Origin: a virus
Lineage: Duplodnaviria; Caudoviricetes
DNA: 30,837 nt
Virus record (IMG/VR): IMGVR_UViG_3300011335_000724
Span: 1-30,837 of that record
Strand: one strand, 5' to 3'
The notes beneath the pieces were generated by a model, which had not been told where the DNA came from, searched no databases, and saw nothing but the letters and a program-made list of their open reading frames with translations. Below, in pieces: positions 1-7,123 of the stretch; the stretch's first letter is position 1; every line of letters begins with the position of its first letter. Both the position numbers and the translations under genes were made by a program.

Positions 1-56
1 CTGCTGAATGTTGTGGCGTGATCATACATAAGATCAATAATTTCTTCGTCGGTCAT
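1..56 (-). CDS. 5' end of a small hypothetical phage protein running off the left edge (MTDEEIIDLMYDHATTFS...)
   Basis: ATG at 56-54 on the minus strand, frame open to position 1; TAGACT -10-like hexamer upstream (forward 82-87). Not in the ORF track. Confidence 0.45.
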   Translation of the reverse strand, partial: MTDEEIIDLMYDHATTFS

Positions 57-61
57 GCAAG

Positions 62-91
62 TAGACGTTAAGGGCGGAGGCAGTCTAGAAT
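62..91 (+). promoter_or_regulatory. Putative sigma70-type promoter for the 116 gene, overlapping an opposite-strand -10
   Basis: TAGACG (62-67), 18 nt, TAGAAT (86-91); AGTCTA at 82-87 reads TAGACT on the minus strand. Confidence 0.3.
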
Positions 92-115
92 GAAAATAGG
101 TTTTTCGTATAGCTT

Positions 116-622
116 GTGTTCATCTTTAACAACCAGCCGCTAAGCCCCGACAGCGCATTTACTGACCCGGCTACTGGTACGCAATACCCAGCCAATTGGC
201 TGCGATTGGCGTCACCTGAAGAGCGGGCTGCGATCGGCATTACTGAAGTGCCCGATCCGGTGCCATACGACCAGCGGTTTTACTGGGGGCCAGAACTACC
301 TAAAGATCACACGCAACTGGTGGAGCAGTGGACAGCGCAGACACGCACCACAGCAAATACGCTGCTGGTACCTACTGACTGGCAGGTAATACGCGAGGCG
401 GATAACGGCAAGCTGATGTCCGCTGAAACCAAAGCCGACCGTCAATTTATCCGTGAAGCAGCAGGTAGTAAGATCGAGGCGATTAATGCCACCACTACTA
501 CCGCTGAACTAGCGGCGTACATTACAAGCAATGATTACAGCAATTGGAGCCCTGTCCCTGAGCCTATTGTTGACGACGGGGTGGTGCCTTTTAGCAATGG
601 CAGCACTTCAGCAGGGTTCTGA
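116..622 (+). CDS. Tail-fibre-associated / tail assembly chaperone-like protein
   Basis: GTQYPANWLRL..EERAAIGITEV and LLxPTDWQVIR motifs resemble marine/cyano-phage proteins found after tail fibre genes; position just before the lysis genes. Confidence 0.6.
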   Translation: MFIFNNQPLSPDSAFTDPATGTQYPANWLRLASPEERAAIGITEVPDPVPYDQRFYWGPELPKDHTQLVEQWTAQTRTTANTLLVPTDWQVIREADNGKLMSAETKADRQFIREAAGSKIEAINATTTTAELAAYITSNDYSNWSPVPEPIVDDGVVPFSNGSTSAGF

Positions 623-655
623 GCCGGTAGAATAACGGCAACAGCAGCTTGGACC

Positions 656-904
656 TTGATTGAAATTCTTGCTGCTGCGGCAGGCGCCTTAATTTCCGCT
701 TGCTGCGTGGTGAGCATGACGGCAGGCAGTCGCAATGAAGAATCTCGTATAGCAATCACAAAGTTGACTACAAGCTTGGACCATATTTCTGGAACTCTTG
801 AGGTTATCCATGTTGATATGCGCGAGACCAACCGTGAATTGTTTGGCCGGCTATCGCTTGTTGAGCAAAGAGTAAGTAAAGTTGAAGCGACCACCACCCT
901 TTAA
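656..904 (+). CDS. Small membrane-anchored coiled-coil protein (lysis-cassette, holin-like)
   Basis: N-terminal hydrophobic stretch (IEILAAAAGALISACCVV) followed by a heptad-like region (RLSLVEQRVSKVE); TTG start; TAGAAT at 628-633 upstream. Confidence 0.6.
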   Translation: MIEILAAAAGALISACCVVSMTAGSRNEESRIAITKLTTSLDHISGTLEVIHVDMRETNRELFGRLSLVEQRVSKVEATTTL

Positions 905-909
905 TTGTT

Positions 910-1050
910 GTGGAATTTTTATCCCATCCAGCCTTTTGGATTGTTGTAGCAGCAGCTTCCGAGCTAATTGGCATGTCCCGCCTTAAATCAAATGGCATTA
1001 TTCAATTGGTGTTCCAAATCCTTAATCTTCTTAAAGCAAAAAAGGGTTAA
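910..1050 (+). CDS. 46-aa holin-like membrane protein MEFLSHPAFWIVVAAASELIGMSRLKSNGIIQLVFQILNLLKAKKG
   Basis: GTG at 910, TAA at 1048-1050; two hydrophobic segments and a basic C-terminus; below the ORF-track length cutoff. Confidence 0.65.
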   Translation: MEFLSHPAFWIVVAAASELIGMSRLKSNGIIQLVFQILNLLKAKKG

Positions 1051-1286
1051 TCAGCTTTGGCAAACCAGCCTGGGAGCGTGAACTCGAATTCGCCATTCGC
1101 AAATGGTGGTTTGAGAAGACGCTGCCAGCCAAGCTGGATGCTGCCGAGGCTGAATGGCACAAGGCGCAACCGCTACCGCCGCCACCCATCGTGATAGAAC
1201 ACTCGATCAACGATGAATTGCAAACTGGCGCCAGCCGGTTGTTAGGTGGTGAAATCTCAATCCATGCCCCTTACGACCGAAACTGA
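1044..1286 (+). CDS. -1 frameshift extension of the 910 gene (GLISFGKPAWERELEFAIRKWWFEKTLPAKLDAAEAEWHKAQP...APYDRN); fusion product 125 aa
   Basis: Frame open 1035-1286 with an in-frame stop at 1032-1034 and no ATG; slippery A AAA AAG at 1038-1044; fills the gap exactly up to the next ATG at 1288. Confidence 0.55.
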   Translation, partial: GLISFGKPAWERELEFAIRKWWFEKTLPAKLDAAEAEWHKAQPLPPPPIVIEHSINDELQTGASRLLGGEISIHAPYDRN

Positions 1287-1287
1287 C

Positions 1288-1473
1288 ATGTGCATTCCTG
1301 GTATGCAACAGATGATGGGCCAAATGAGCGGGAGACCTAATTTGCTAATTGCAAATCAAGGGCCTAGCACTCCCGTAAAGTATGACGAAAAGATGGGGGT
1401 ATTTGCTCCTAACCAGGGAGCAGGACGCCCTGGCCAAGTGCGTTTGAAAAACCCACCCAAGGGCATGGCCTAA
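1288..1473 (+). CDS. Small hypothetical protein (MCIPGMQQMMGQ...), 61 aa
   Basis: ATG at 1288, one base after the TGA at 1284-1286; part of track ORF 1246..1473. Confidence 0.5.
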   Translation: MCIPGMQQMMGQMSGRPNLLIANQGPSTPVKYDEKMGVFAPNQGAGRPGQVRLKNPPKGMA

Positions 1474-1474
1474 A

Positions 1475-1645
1475 TTATTTCTTCTTAGCCTTGGGTGGTT
1501 TAGCTGTTTTAGCTGATTCTTTAAAATCTTTAGCGGTAGGTGCGCCAGCTGCGCCAGGTTCACGCATTTTTTCTCCAGAGCCTGCCTTGATGCGGGCTTT
1601 TTTGCGTGCAATGTTGATGTAAAGGCCAGCTTTAGCGTCAGCCAT
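1475..1645 (-). CDS. 56-aa basic phage protein MADAKAGLYINIARKKARIKAGSGEKMREPGAAGAPTAKDFKESAKTAKPPKAKKK
   Basis: GLYxNIxxKxxRIxAGSGEKMRxPGxxGAPTxxxFK pattern I recognise from aquatic phage small proteins; ATG overlaps the upstream stop (TAATG). Confidence 0.7.
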   Translation of the reverse strand: MADAKAGLYINIARKKARIKAGSGEKMREPGAAGAPTAKDFKESAKTAKPPKAKKK

Positions 1646-1698
1646 TAGTAACCCTTTTTGCCGCCAGTGCCTTTAGAGCCTTTACCGCCTTTTTTCAT
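1645..1698 (-). CDS. 17-aa Lys/Gly micropeptide MKKGGKGSKGTGGKKGY
   Basis: ATG at 1698-1696; its TAA overlaps the ATG of the next gene; TATGAT -10-like hexamer about 25 nt upstream. Confidence 0.5.
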   Translation of the reverse strand: MKKGGKGSKGTGGKKGY

Positions 1699-1746
1699 GG
1701 GTTTAGTTGAGATGCAGGCGTATCATACAAGCAATCCCCGTAAGTT

Positions 1747-2445
1747 ATGAGCAGCTTTCTTTTTGCCGTTAAGGCCACTCATAAGCCACCAATGCCTCAC
1801 CAACAGGCCGCTTGGAATTTTGCCTGGGATCAACTTGACGAAAAGCAAAAAGCTGAATTTTTGGTGTTATTTCGGTCTGACCCACCACAAAAAGCAGCAT
1901 TAATTGGCAAGGTACTATTAAATGTTAAGTATGAATACCAGCTGGACAATGCCAGTGGCAGCGGATATAGAGAATGTTTCAGTAGTTCATGCGCCATGGT
2001 TGCAAATTTTTGGGGCAAGGTTGAAAATGACGACGCATATAACAGAATTAGAGAACGGTACGGCGACACAACAAGCAGTAGCGCTCAAATTTCAGCATTA
2101 CGTTCGCTTGGCCTTGACGCACGGTTAGTAACCAACGCCAGTGCTGGTGTACTAGAAGCAGAATTAAAAGCTGGGCGCCCTGTACCTGTTGGGTGGCTTC
2201 ACAAAGGAAATAACTGGAATCCCTCGGGGGGCGGCCATTGGTCTGTGGCTATTGGATTTGACGACACGCATTGGATCCTCCACGACCCCAATGGGGAAGC
2301 AGATTTAATAAATGGCGGTTACGCTAATCACAACAATGGAAAAGCAATTCGCTATTCCAAAGTAAACTTCAACCGGCGTTGGTGTGTCAGTGGCACGTCA
2401 GACGGTTGGGCGATCCTCTGCAAACCGCTTGACCCCCATGGTTGA
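1747..2445 (+). CDS. Peptidase C39-like cysteine peptidase, probable endolysin
   Basis: Q..N...GYRECFSSSCAM (catalytic Cys), GRPVPVGWLH, GGGHWSVAIGFD (His), HDPNG (Asp); located in the lysis region. Confidence 0.75.
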   Translation: MSSFLFAVKATHKPPMPHQQAAWNFAWDQLDEKQKAEFLVLFRSDPPQKAALIGKVLLNVKYEYQLDNASGSGYRECFSSSCAMVANFWGKVENDDAYNRIRERYGDTTSSSAQISALRSLGLDARLVTNASAGVLEAELKAGRPVPVGWLHKGNNWNPSGGGHWSVAIGFDDTHWILHDPNGEADLINGGYANHNNGKAIRYSKVNFNRRWCVSGTSDGWAILCKPLDPHG

Positions 2446-3400
2446 AGTCATCCGCCACAGTCCAGAGCTTATGGAACTACGGATTCCATACACCTCCACC
2501 AAGGTTCCGTTTAATTTTTTTCTAGCTTCTGACATTCACCTTGACAATCCAAAATGCAAACGCAAGTTGTTTGCTAAACATTTAAACGAGATGCAAGAGA
2601 AGGGGGGGAAAGCACTTTTTTTTGGGGACATCCTCTGTTTAATGCAGGGCAAGAAGGATCGTAGAAGCGATAAGTCGAGCATCCGGCCTGAACATTTGGC
2701 TGGCAACTATTTTGACGTTGTGTTTGAAGAAGCAGCTGAGTTTTTAAAGCCGTGGGCCAAGGATATTGTGATGCTAAGTGACGGCAACCACGAGACAGCG
2801 ATTATTAACCACAACGAAGTAAACCCGCTTCGGCATGTGTCAAGAATGCTGCAAGCTTATGGCAGCAAGTGTGAACACATGGGGTATCAGGGGTTCGTTT
2901 GGATAACGTTTTATCAGGAAGGCCGTGAAAATGCGCAACAAAAGCAAGAAAAAGTTAGACGTTTGACGTTAGCTTTTCACCATGGAGCGTGGGGTGGCGT
3001 TGTAAGCAAAGGTATTAACGGTGGAATGCGATACTTTTCAATATTTCCCACGGCGAACATAGTGGTAAACGGTCATAACCATGAGCGGACAATAGTCGAG
3101 CATCCGTGTCATTCTGTCATGAATAGCGGCGAAGTGTTTACAGATGTTAGATACCATTGTCAATTAGGTACGTACAAGGAAGAATTTAGGGGCGGGGGGG
3201 GATTTGCCGTGGAGCGAATAGTTATGCCAAAGGCGATTGGAGGGCTTGTTATGTCATTGCGTCCCAGGCAAAGCAGCGGCGTAGAGATTGTACTGCAGCC
3301 TGCCGTATGCACCATTACGTTGTCGAAGTATGGGCTCTTATTGCTGTTTACAGCCCCTATGACGCCGAGACAGTGGAAGACAACATGGCTTCCATGTTGA
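2438..3400 (+). CDS. Calcineurin-like metallophosphoesterase
   Basis: SDIHLD, FGD, DGNHE, FHHG and GHNH motifs in the canonical order; ATG at 2438 overlaps the peptidase 3' end. Confidence 0.85.
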   Translation: MVEVIRHSPELMELRIPYTSTKVPFNFFLASDIHLDNPKCKRKLFAKHLNEMQEKGGKALFFGDILCLMQGKKDRRSDKSSIRPEHLAGNYFDVVFEEAAEFLKPWAKDIVMLSDGNHETAIINHNEVNPLRHVSRMLQAYGSKCEHMGYQGFVWITFYQEGRENAQQKQEKVRRLTLAFHHGAWGGVVSKGINGGMRYFSIFPTANIVVNGHNHERTIVEHPCHSVMNSGEVFTDVRYHCQLGTYKEEFRGGGGFAVERIVMPKAIGGLVMSLRPRQSSGVEIVLQPAVCTITLSKYGLLLLFTAPMTPRQWKTTWLPC

Positions 3401-3486
3401 AAGAAATGGCAGCTAGCGATGGCCACTTGCTTACTCATGACGTTAATTCCTATTTACTTCCTGAATTAAATGGAACACCAGATTGA
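3307..3486 (+). CDS. 59-aa acidic hypothetical protein (MHHYVVEVWALIAVYSPYDAETVEDNM...NGTPD)
   Basis: ATG 3307 to TGA 3484-3486; bridges the phosphoesterase and HNH genes and overlaps both. Confidence 0.45.
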   Translation: MHHYVVEVWALIAVYSPYDAETVEDNMASMLKEMAASDGHLLTHDVNSYLLPELNGTPD

Positions 3487-3784
3487 TGAAACTGAACTTC
3501 TTTCTAAAAAAATTACAAAGGCTAAGTTTAGAAAATCAATCATAGAAGAATGGGGTTCTTGCTGTTATGTATGCGGCAATCATTTTGATAAGATTACGCT
3601 GGATCATATTGTGCCCAAAAAAGCGGGTGGGCACACAACTAGGTTTAACCTGGCAACCTGTTGCAGTCTTTGTAACCGCAGGAAGGGGCATCAACCGGTG
3701 TTTGAGTGGTGGTCGCAAACAGAAATGTGGGATTTGGCCCGTGTTATTCGGCTGATTTCATGGCTACGTCGCGCTAATAATTAA
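3470..3784 (+). CDS. HNH endonuclease
   Basis: CYVCG...TLDHIVPKKAGG...NLATCCSLCNRRKG. Confidence 0.9.
   Translation: MEHQIDETELLSKKITKAKFRKSIIEEWGSCCYVCGNHFDKITLDHIVPKKAGGHTTRFNLATCCSLCNRRKGHQPVFEWWSQTEMWDLARVIRLISWLRRANN
3744..3775. repeat. 32-bp direct repeat, copy 1 (TTATTCGGCTGATTTCATGGCTACGTCGCGCT)
   Basis: Identical to 4333-4364. Confidence 0.95.
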
Positions 3785-4014
3785 TGCGGCAATGCATTAA
3801 GGTGATCAAGTAAGCGATTTAAATACCATTTGGCTTTAGCAGCATTAAGTATTGGATCGTCTTTATCCCACATCCGAAGGATATAGCGCAATACATGCGC
3901 TTGACAGTTTCCCAATACTGGCGAGGGAGCCCGACAAATAGCGTCTTCAATAATGTCAATAACTTCCGCTCGACCTGCGGTGTAGTGAGCTGGAGAATTG
4001 ACTGGATCGGTCAT
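3781..4014 (-). CDS. DUF3310 domain protein (T7 gp1.7 nucleotide kinase-related)
   Basis: DPVNSPAHY..G..EVIDII...LRYILR...K....N..KAKWYL signature. Confidence 0.85.
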   Translation of the reverse strand: MTDPVNSPAHYTAGRAEVIDIIEDAICRAPSPVLGNCQAHVLRYILRMWDKDDPILNAAKAKWYLNRLLDHLNALPH

Positions 4015-4328
4015 GGTGTAGGGAGGAAATACTGAAAAAATGTTCTTAAGGCATCGCCAGTTGGGGTCCCAGCCGATGCCTTAAGAACCTTAAGCACTTC
4101 TTTGTGGGTCTCAAAAGATGTAGTGCCACCGTCCCGGTAGACCGTATACCGAATGCCGTCTGGCAGGTGCATACCAGGTGCCACCGTTGCGTATACCTGG
4201 AACGTGCCCCCGTCAAACGTGCGGTTGATACCGGCAAGAGGCGGTTCAATACCGCAAGCCCGAAGTATTGAAGTTTTCAACACGCTTTCAGGGATCATGC
4301 TGAGCTGTTTCCAAGAGGGTGTGCTCAT
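4011..4328 (-). CDS. Hypothetical protein
   Basis: 105-aa ORF with ATGA overlap into the DUF3310 gene. Confidence 0.6.
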   Translation of the reverse strand: MSTPSWKQLSMIPESVLKTSILRACGIEPPLAGINRTFDGGTFQVYATVAPGMHLPDGIRYTVYRDGGTTSFETHKEVLKVLKASAGTPTGDALRTFFQYFLPTP

Positions 4329-4332
4329 TGTT

Positions 4333-4364
4333 TTATTCGGCTGATTTCATGGCTACGTCGCGCT
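4333..4364. repeat. 32-bp direct repeat, copy 2
   Basis: Identical to 3744-3775. Confidence 0.95.
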
Positions 4365-4509
4365 CATACATCTCATACAGCTGACGATAAAACACAATAG
4401 CTTGCCATTTTTGGCTGTGTTGTTTAACTAAACCGTTGTAGGTAATAGTACACAAGACTCCGCTAGGAGTATCTGCGTTTGGCTCCATAAAAATAACGGG
4501 AGGGGTCAT
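4333..4509 (-). CDS. 58-aa hypothetical protein (MTPPVIFMEPNADTPSGVLCTITYNG...ERDVAMKSAE)
   Basis: ATG at 4509 overlaps the upstream TGA (ATGA); TAA at 4335-4333; fills the operon gap. Confidence 0.6.
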   Translation of the reverse strand: MTPPVIFMEPNADTPSGVLCTITYNGLVKQHSQKWQAIVFYRQLYEMYERDVAMKSAE

Positions 4510-4706
4510 TGGGGTTTCTCACAAGTGATGGCATCACGCGGAAATATTGAAGGGTGCTCAACGGGGAACGGAAGTGCATCCCAACTTACGTCTTGGCTAG
4601 CTAATTCCCAAGCCATAGCTTCGCTTTGGGCTACCACTATGGTTTGAAAAGAGCCGCGGCTTATATTGCGAAAAGGATAGCGATAGAGTCCCGGCACACG
4701 GACCAC
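4506..4706 (-). CDS. Hypothetical protein downstream of terL (start uncertain)
   Basis: 3' part of track ORF 4506..4820; first in-frame GTG after the terL stop is at 4706; ATGA coupling to the next gene. Confidence 0.5.
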   Translation of the reverse strand: MVRVPGLYRYPFRNISRGSFQTIVVAQSEAMAWELASQDVSWDALPFPVEHPSIFPRDAITCEKPQ

Positions 4707-4722
4707 CCAAACCTTAGATTTC

Positions 4723-6459
4723 TTAAGCCGTTGCCCGTGATTGCATCCAGGTGCCGCTGCTTTTCTTGGCCACTTTTGCCAGATCCATTCCCATAACTTG
4801 AGCGTCAAGTGCACCGTCAATATTACCCATAAAGGCTTCTAACTCTAGATCCCAGAGTTCGTCTTTACGGTCAGCCATGGCTTTGTCTTCATCAATGGCA
4901 AGGGATTCGTTCCAGTATTCGATCACACCTGCCAAAGCATCTAAACGGTCGTCGTGCTGCAGGCAGTTTTTGTCGTAGGTGATGTGGGTCAGCTGGTGGA
5001 ATAGCTGATATGCCAGTTTGCGTTCAATGGTGTCGTCGTCGCGGCCGCGGCTATCGGCTTCAATGACAGACCTGTTCACGATAAGCCTGTGTTGGTTCAA
5101 TACTGGTTCAAGTGCACTAATGATGCGGCGTTCTTTTTGTACGTTGCTGCGTACTGGTTCGACTGTGCAAGGGTGATGTTGACGTAAATAAGGCTTTAGG
5201 AGTGATTCCAACATGCCTTGGCCGAATTGGTCCTCAAGCAGAATAAGGTTTACCTTATTACGCTTTGCTGCAATAGCTAAACCTTCCAAAACTGCTTCGG
5301 TGTATCCATCGGAAAACGCTCCAGCCTCTAGGAGGAAGAGGTTGCCGTTTAAATGCGCGACAACAGCGTAAGCAGTTTCGTCAGCACCCCTACCGGACGG
5401 GTCAATGAACATGGCGCATCCAGCAAAAGGCAACCAATCACCGTGGATAAATGCAGGGCGGTGGTAGTAATCGCCGGAAAAGCCAACTGCGGGAAGATCG
5501 GTAATGCGATATTCAGCACCGGTAGACCATATAAGTTTTTCAGGCGCATGATCTGACACTTCAATAACCATTAAATCTGCCAACTTAAGCGGAAACCGCT
5601 GCATGTCAGACAGTGAAGTATCTAACTGAAACTGCAAAGCAAATTGCGACCTACCGTAACTAACTTCACGTTCAAGTAAATCAATTTCACTAAACCTGCC
5701 TGGGTCAACTGGTTTATTCTTTAAAGCTGCACATTGTTCTTTAACAATAGGGGCAAGCAAATCGCCGTATTTATCTGGCTTGTCTGGGTAACGAGCGGGC
5801 CAGATACGGGTAGAAAAACCTTTGTGGAGAAGTTTGTTATAAATTGACTCTTCAGTTTGTGGTGTACCAAGGTACATCACTTCACCGCCAGGTTTAAGGA
5901 TAGCGTTGTATTCACCAACAGCTGCCAACAGTTTTTCCCGCATCCCTACTGACCAGGACGTAGTAGGGGTCTCAATGTCGTCTGGAATTATTAGATCAGC
6001 TCTGGAACCAGTTACCTGGCCAAAGATCCCAACAGCTTTTACGGAAGGGCTTTTATCTGGTTTTGATTGGCGTACATCAAATGCATGTACAGCTGAACGT
6101 TGCTCTTCCCGTTGCGGTTCAAGACACCGCAGGATTGGCATGTCACGTATTAACTGTAGACAAAAGGTTGTGAAGTTTTTTGCTTCCTGCCCACTAGCAG
6201 AGTTAACCATAATCTTTTGCTGCGGATCAAGGCGTAACTTCCACAAGACAAAAGACGCTGCCATCCATGACTTACCAACACCCCGATAACCCTGGATGAT
6301 GCGGCGTTTAGGGCCATGCTGCATAAACTCAGCAATGTCTAACTGTATTGGTGTTGGTTCAGGAAGCCCTAAATGCGTCCATACGACACAAAGAAAATAC
6401 CTGAAGTCGCTTGCAAACGGTTCAGGTAAATCATGCCACGTAGCGATAGGACGACTCAA
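4723..6459 (-). CDS. terL: Terminase large subunit (T7 gp19-like)
   Basis: LPEPTPIQ..IA, Walker A QGYRGVGKSW, TGSRADLIIPDDIE Walker B, LGTPQ, nuclease IDPSGRG.DE and HDDRLDALA. Confidence 0.97.
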   Translation of the reverse strand: MSRPIATWHDLPEPFASDFRYFLCVVWTHLGLPEPTPIQLDIAEFMQHGPKRRIIQGYRGVGKSWMAASFVLWKLRLDPQQKIMVNSASGQEAKNFTTFCLQLIRDMPILRCLEPQREEQRSAVHAFDVRQSKPDKSPSVKAVGIFGQVTGSRADLIIPDDIETPTTSWSVGMREKLLAAVGEYNAILKPGGEVMYLGTPQTEESIYNKLLHKGFSTRIWPARYPDKPDKYGDLLAPIVKEQCAALKNKPVDPGRFSEIDLLEREVSYGRSQFALQFQLDTSLSDMQRFPLKLADLMVIEVSDHAPEKLIWSTGAEYRITDLPAVGFSGDYYHRPAFIHGDWLPFAGCAMFIDPSGRGADETAYAVVAHLNGNLFLLEAGAFSDGYTEAVLEGLAIAAKRNKVNLILLEDQFGQGMLESLLKPYLRQHHPCTVEPVRSNVQKERRIISALEPVLNQHRLIVNRSVIEADSRGRDDDTIERKLAYQLFHQLTHITYDKNCLQHDDRLDALAGVIEYWNESLAIDEDKAMADRKDELWDLELEAFMGNIDGALDAQVMGMDLAKVAKKSSGTWMQSRATA

Positions 6460-6467
6460 CTTAAAAA

Positions 6468-6872
6468 CTAACCAGCTTGGCTATCAATAACAATAAAGTT
6501 GATGGTTAGCGCTTCTGATAAAGAGCCAGCTGTGTTGTTTACAACGCGGTAATCAATAGATCCGTCTTGAGCACAAGCTTCAATGCTGTATGCGTTAGAT
6601 GTCCCGCCACCACCTTGGTTGCAGATCACAACGTCAGTAGCACTGCAAGCAGTGTTGGTTTGAGTGAACTTAACGACTGCAGAGCTAGCAAGAGCAGCAG
6701 CGTGCATGGTGATAACACCTGCCTTGGTGCTAAGCGTTACACCTGTTGTCTTGCTTGTCCCTTGCGTAACAGCACCACAGGCACCAGCACTTACGCCAAT
6801 GCTTGCAGCTGCTGCTACAGCAATGGTCTCAGGAGTTCTGATGAAATAACCGGCAGGAACAGTAACAGTCAT
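6468..6872 (-). CDS. Small Ala/Gly/Thr/Ser-rich beta-type protein, possibly virion structural (fibre/decoration)
   Basis: GAVTQGTSKTTGVTL...GVITM..AALA motif; composition typical of virion accessory proteins. Confidence 0.6.
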   Translation of the reverse strand: MTVTVPAGYFIRTPETIAVAAAASIGVSAGACGAVTQGTSKTTGVTLSTKAGVITMHAAALASSAVVKFTQTNTACSATDVVICNQGGGGTSNAYSIEACAQDGSIDYRVVNNTAGSLSEALTINFIVIDSQAG

Positions 6873-6886
6873 GGTGATTAAGCTGT

Positions 6887-7123
6887 TTAAGCGCTACGGC
6901 GGAACTGCACTACCTTATCAAGATTTGGCAGCTTTGACACTAAATCACCAAAAGGTGTCCCTTCAACAGGTGTAGCTGAAATCTGATTGTCCTTAAGGAA
7001 TTGACGCAACACATTTAATTCAGATCCACTAATCGTGCCGTCGTCTAAACGTTCCTTCAGCAGTTGCACTAAGCCTGCATGAAGATCAGAGAGCTGCTCA
7101 TTAATGTCTTTTGGCTTTGGCAT
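6887..7123 (-). CDS. terS: Terminase small subunit (T7 gp18-like)
   Basis: LSDLH..LVQLLKERL..G.....ELNVLRQFLKDNQI motif, 78 aa, upstream of terL. Confidence 0.85.
   Translation of the reverse strand: MPKPKDINEQLSDLHAGLVQLLKERLDDGTISGSELNVLRQFLKDNQISATPVEGTPFGDLVSKLPNLDKVVQFRRSA

Noticed and set aside
6567-6881. Nested ORFs between terS and terL as an Rz/Rz1 spanin pair
   Set aside because: They are antisense to the operon and show no convincing membrane anchor or lipobox arrangement
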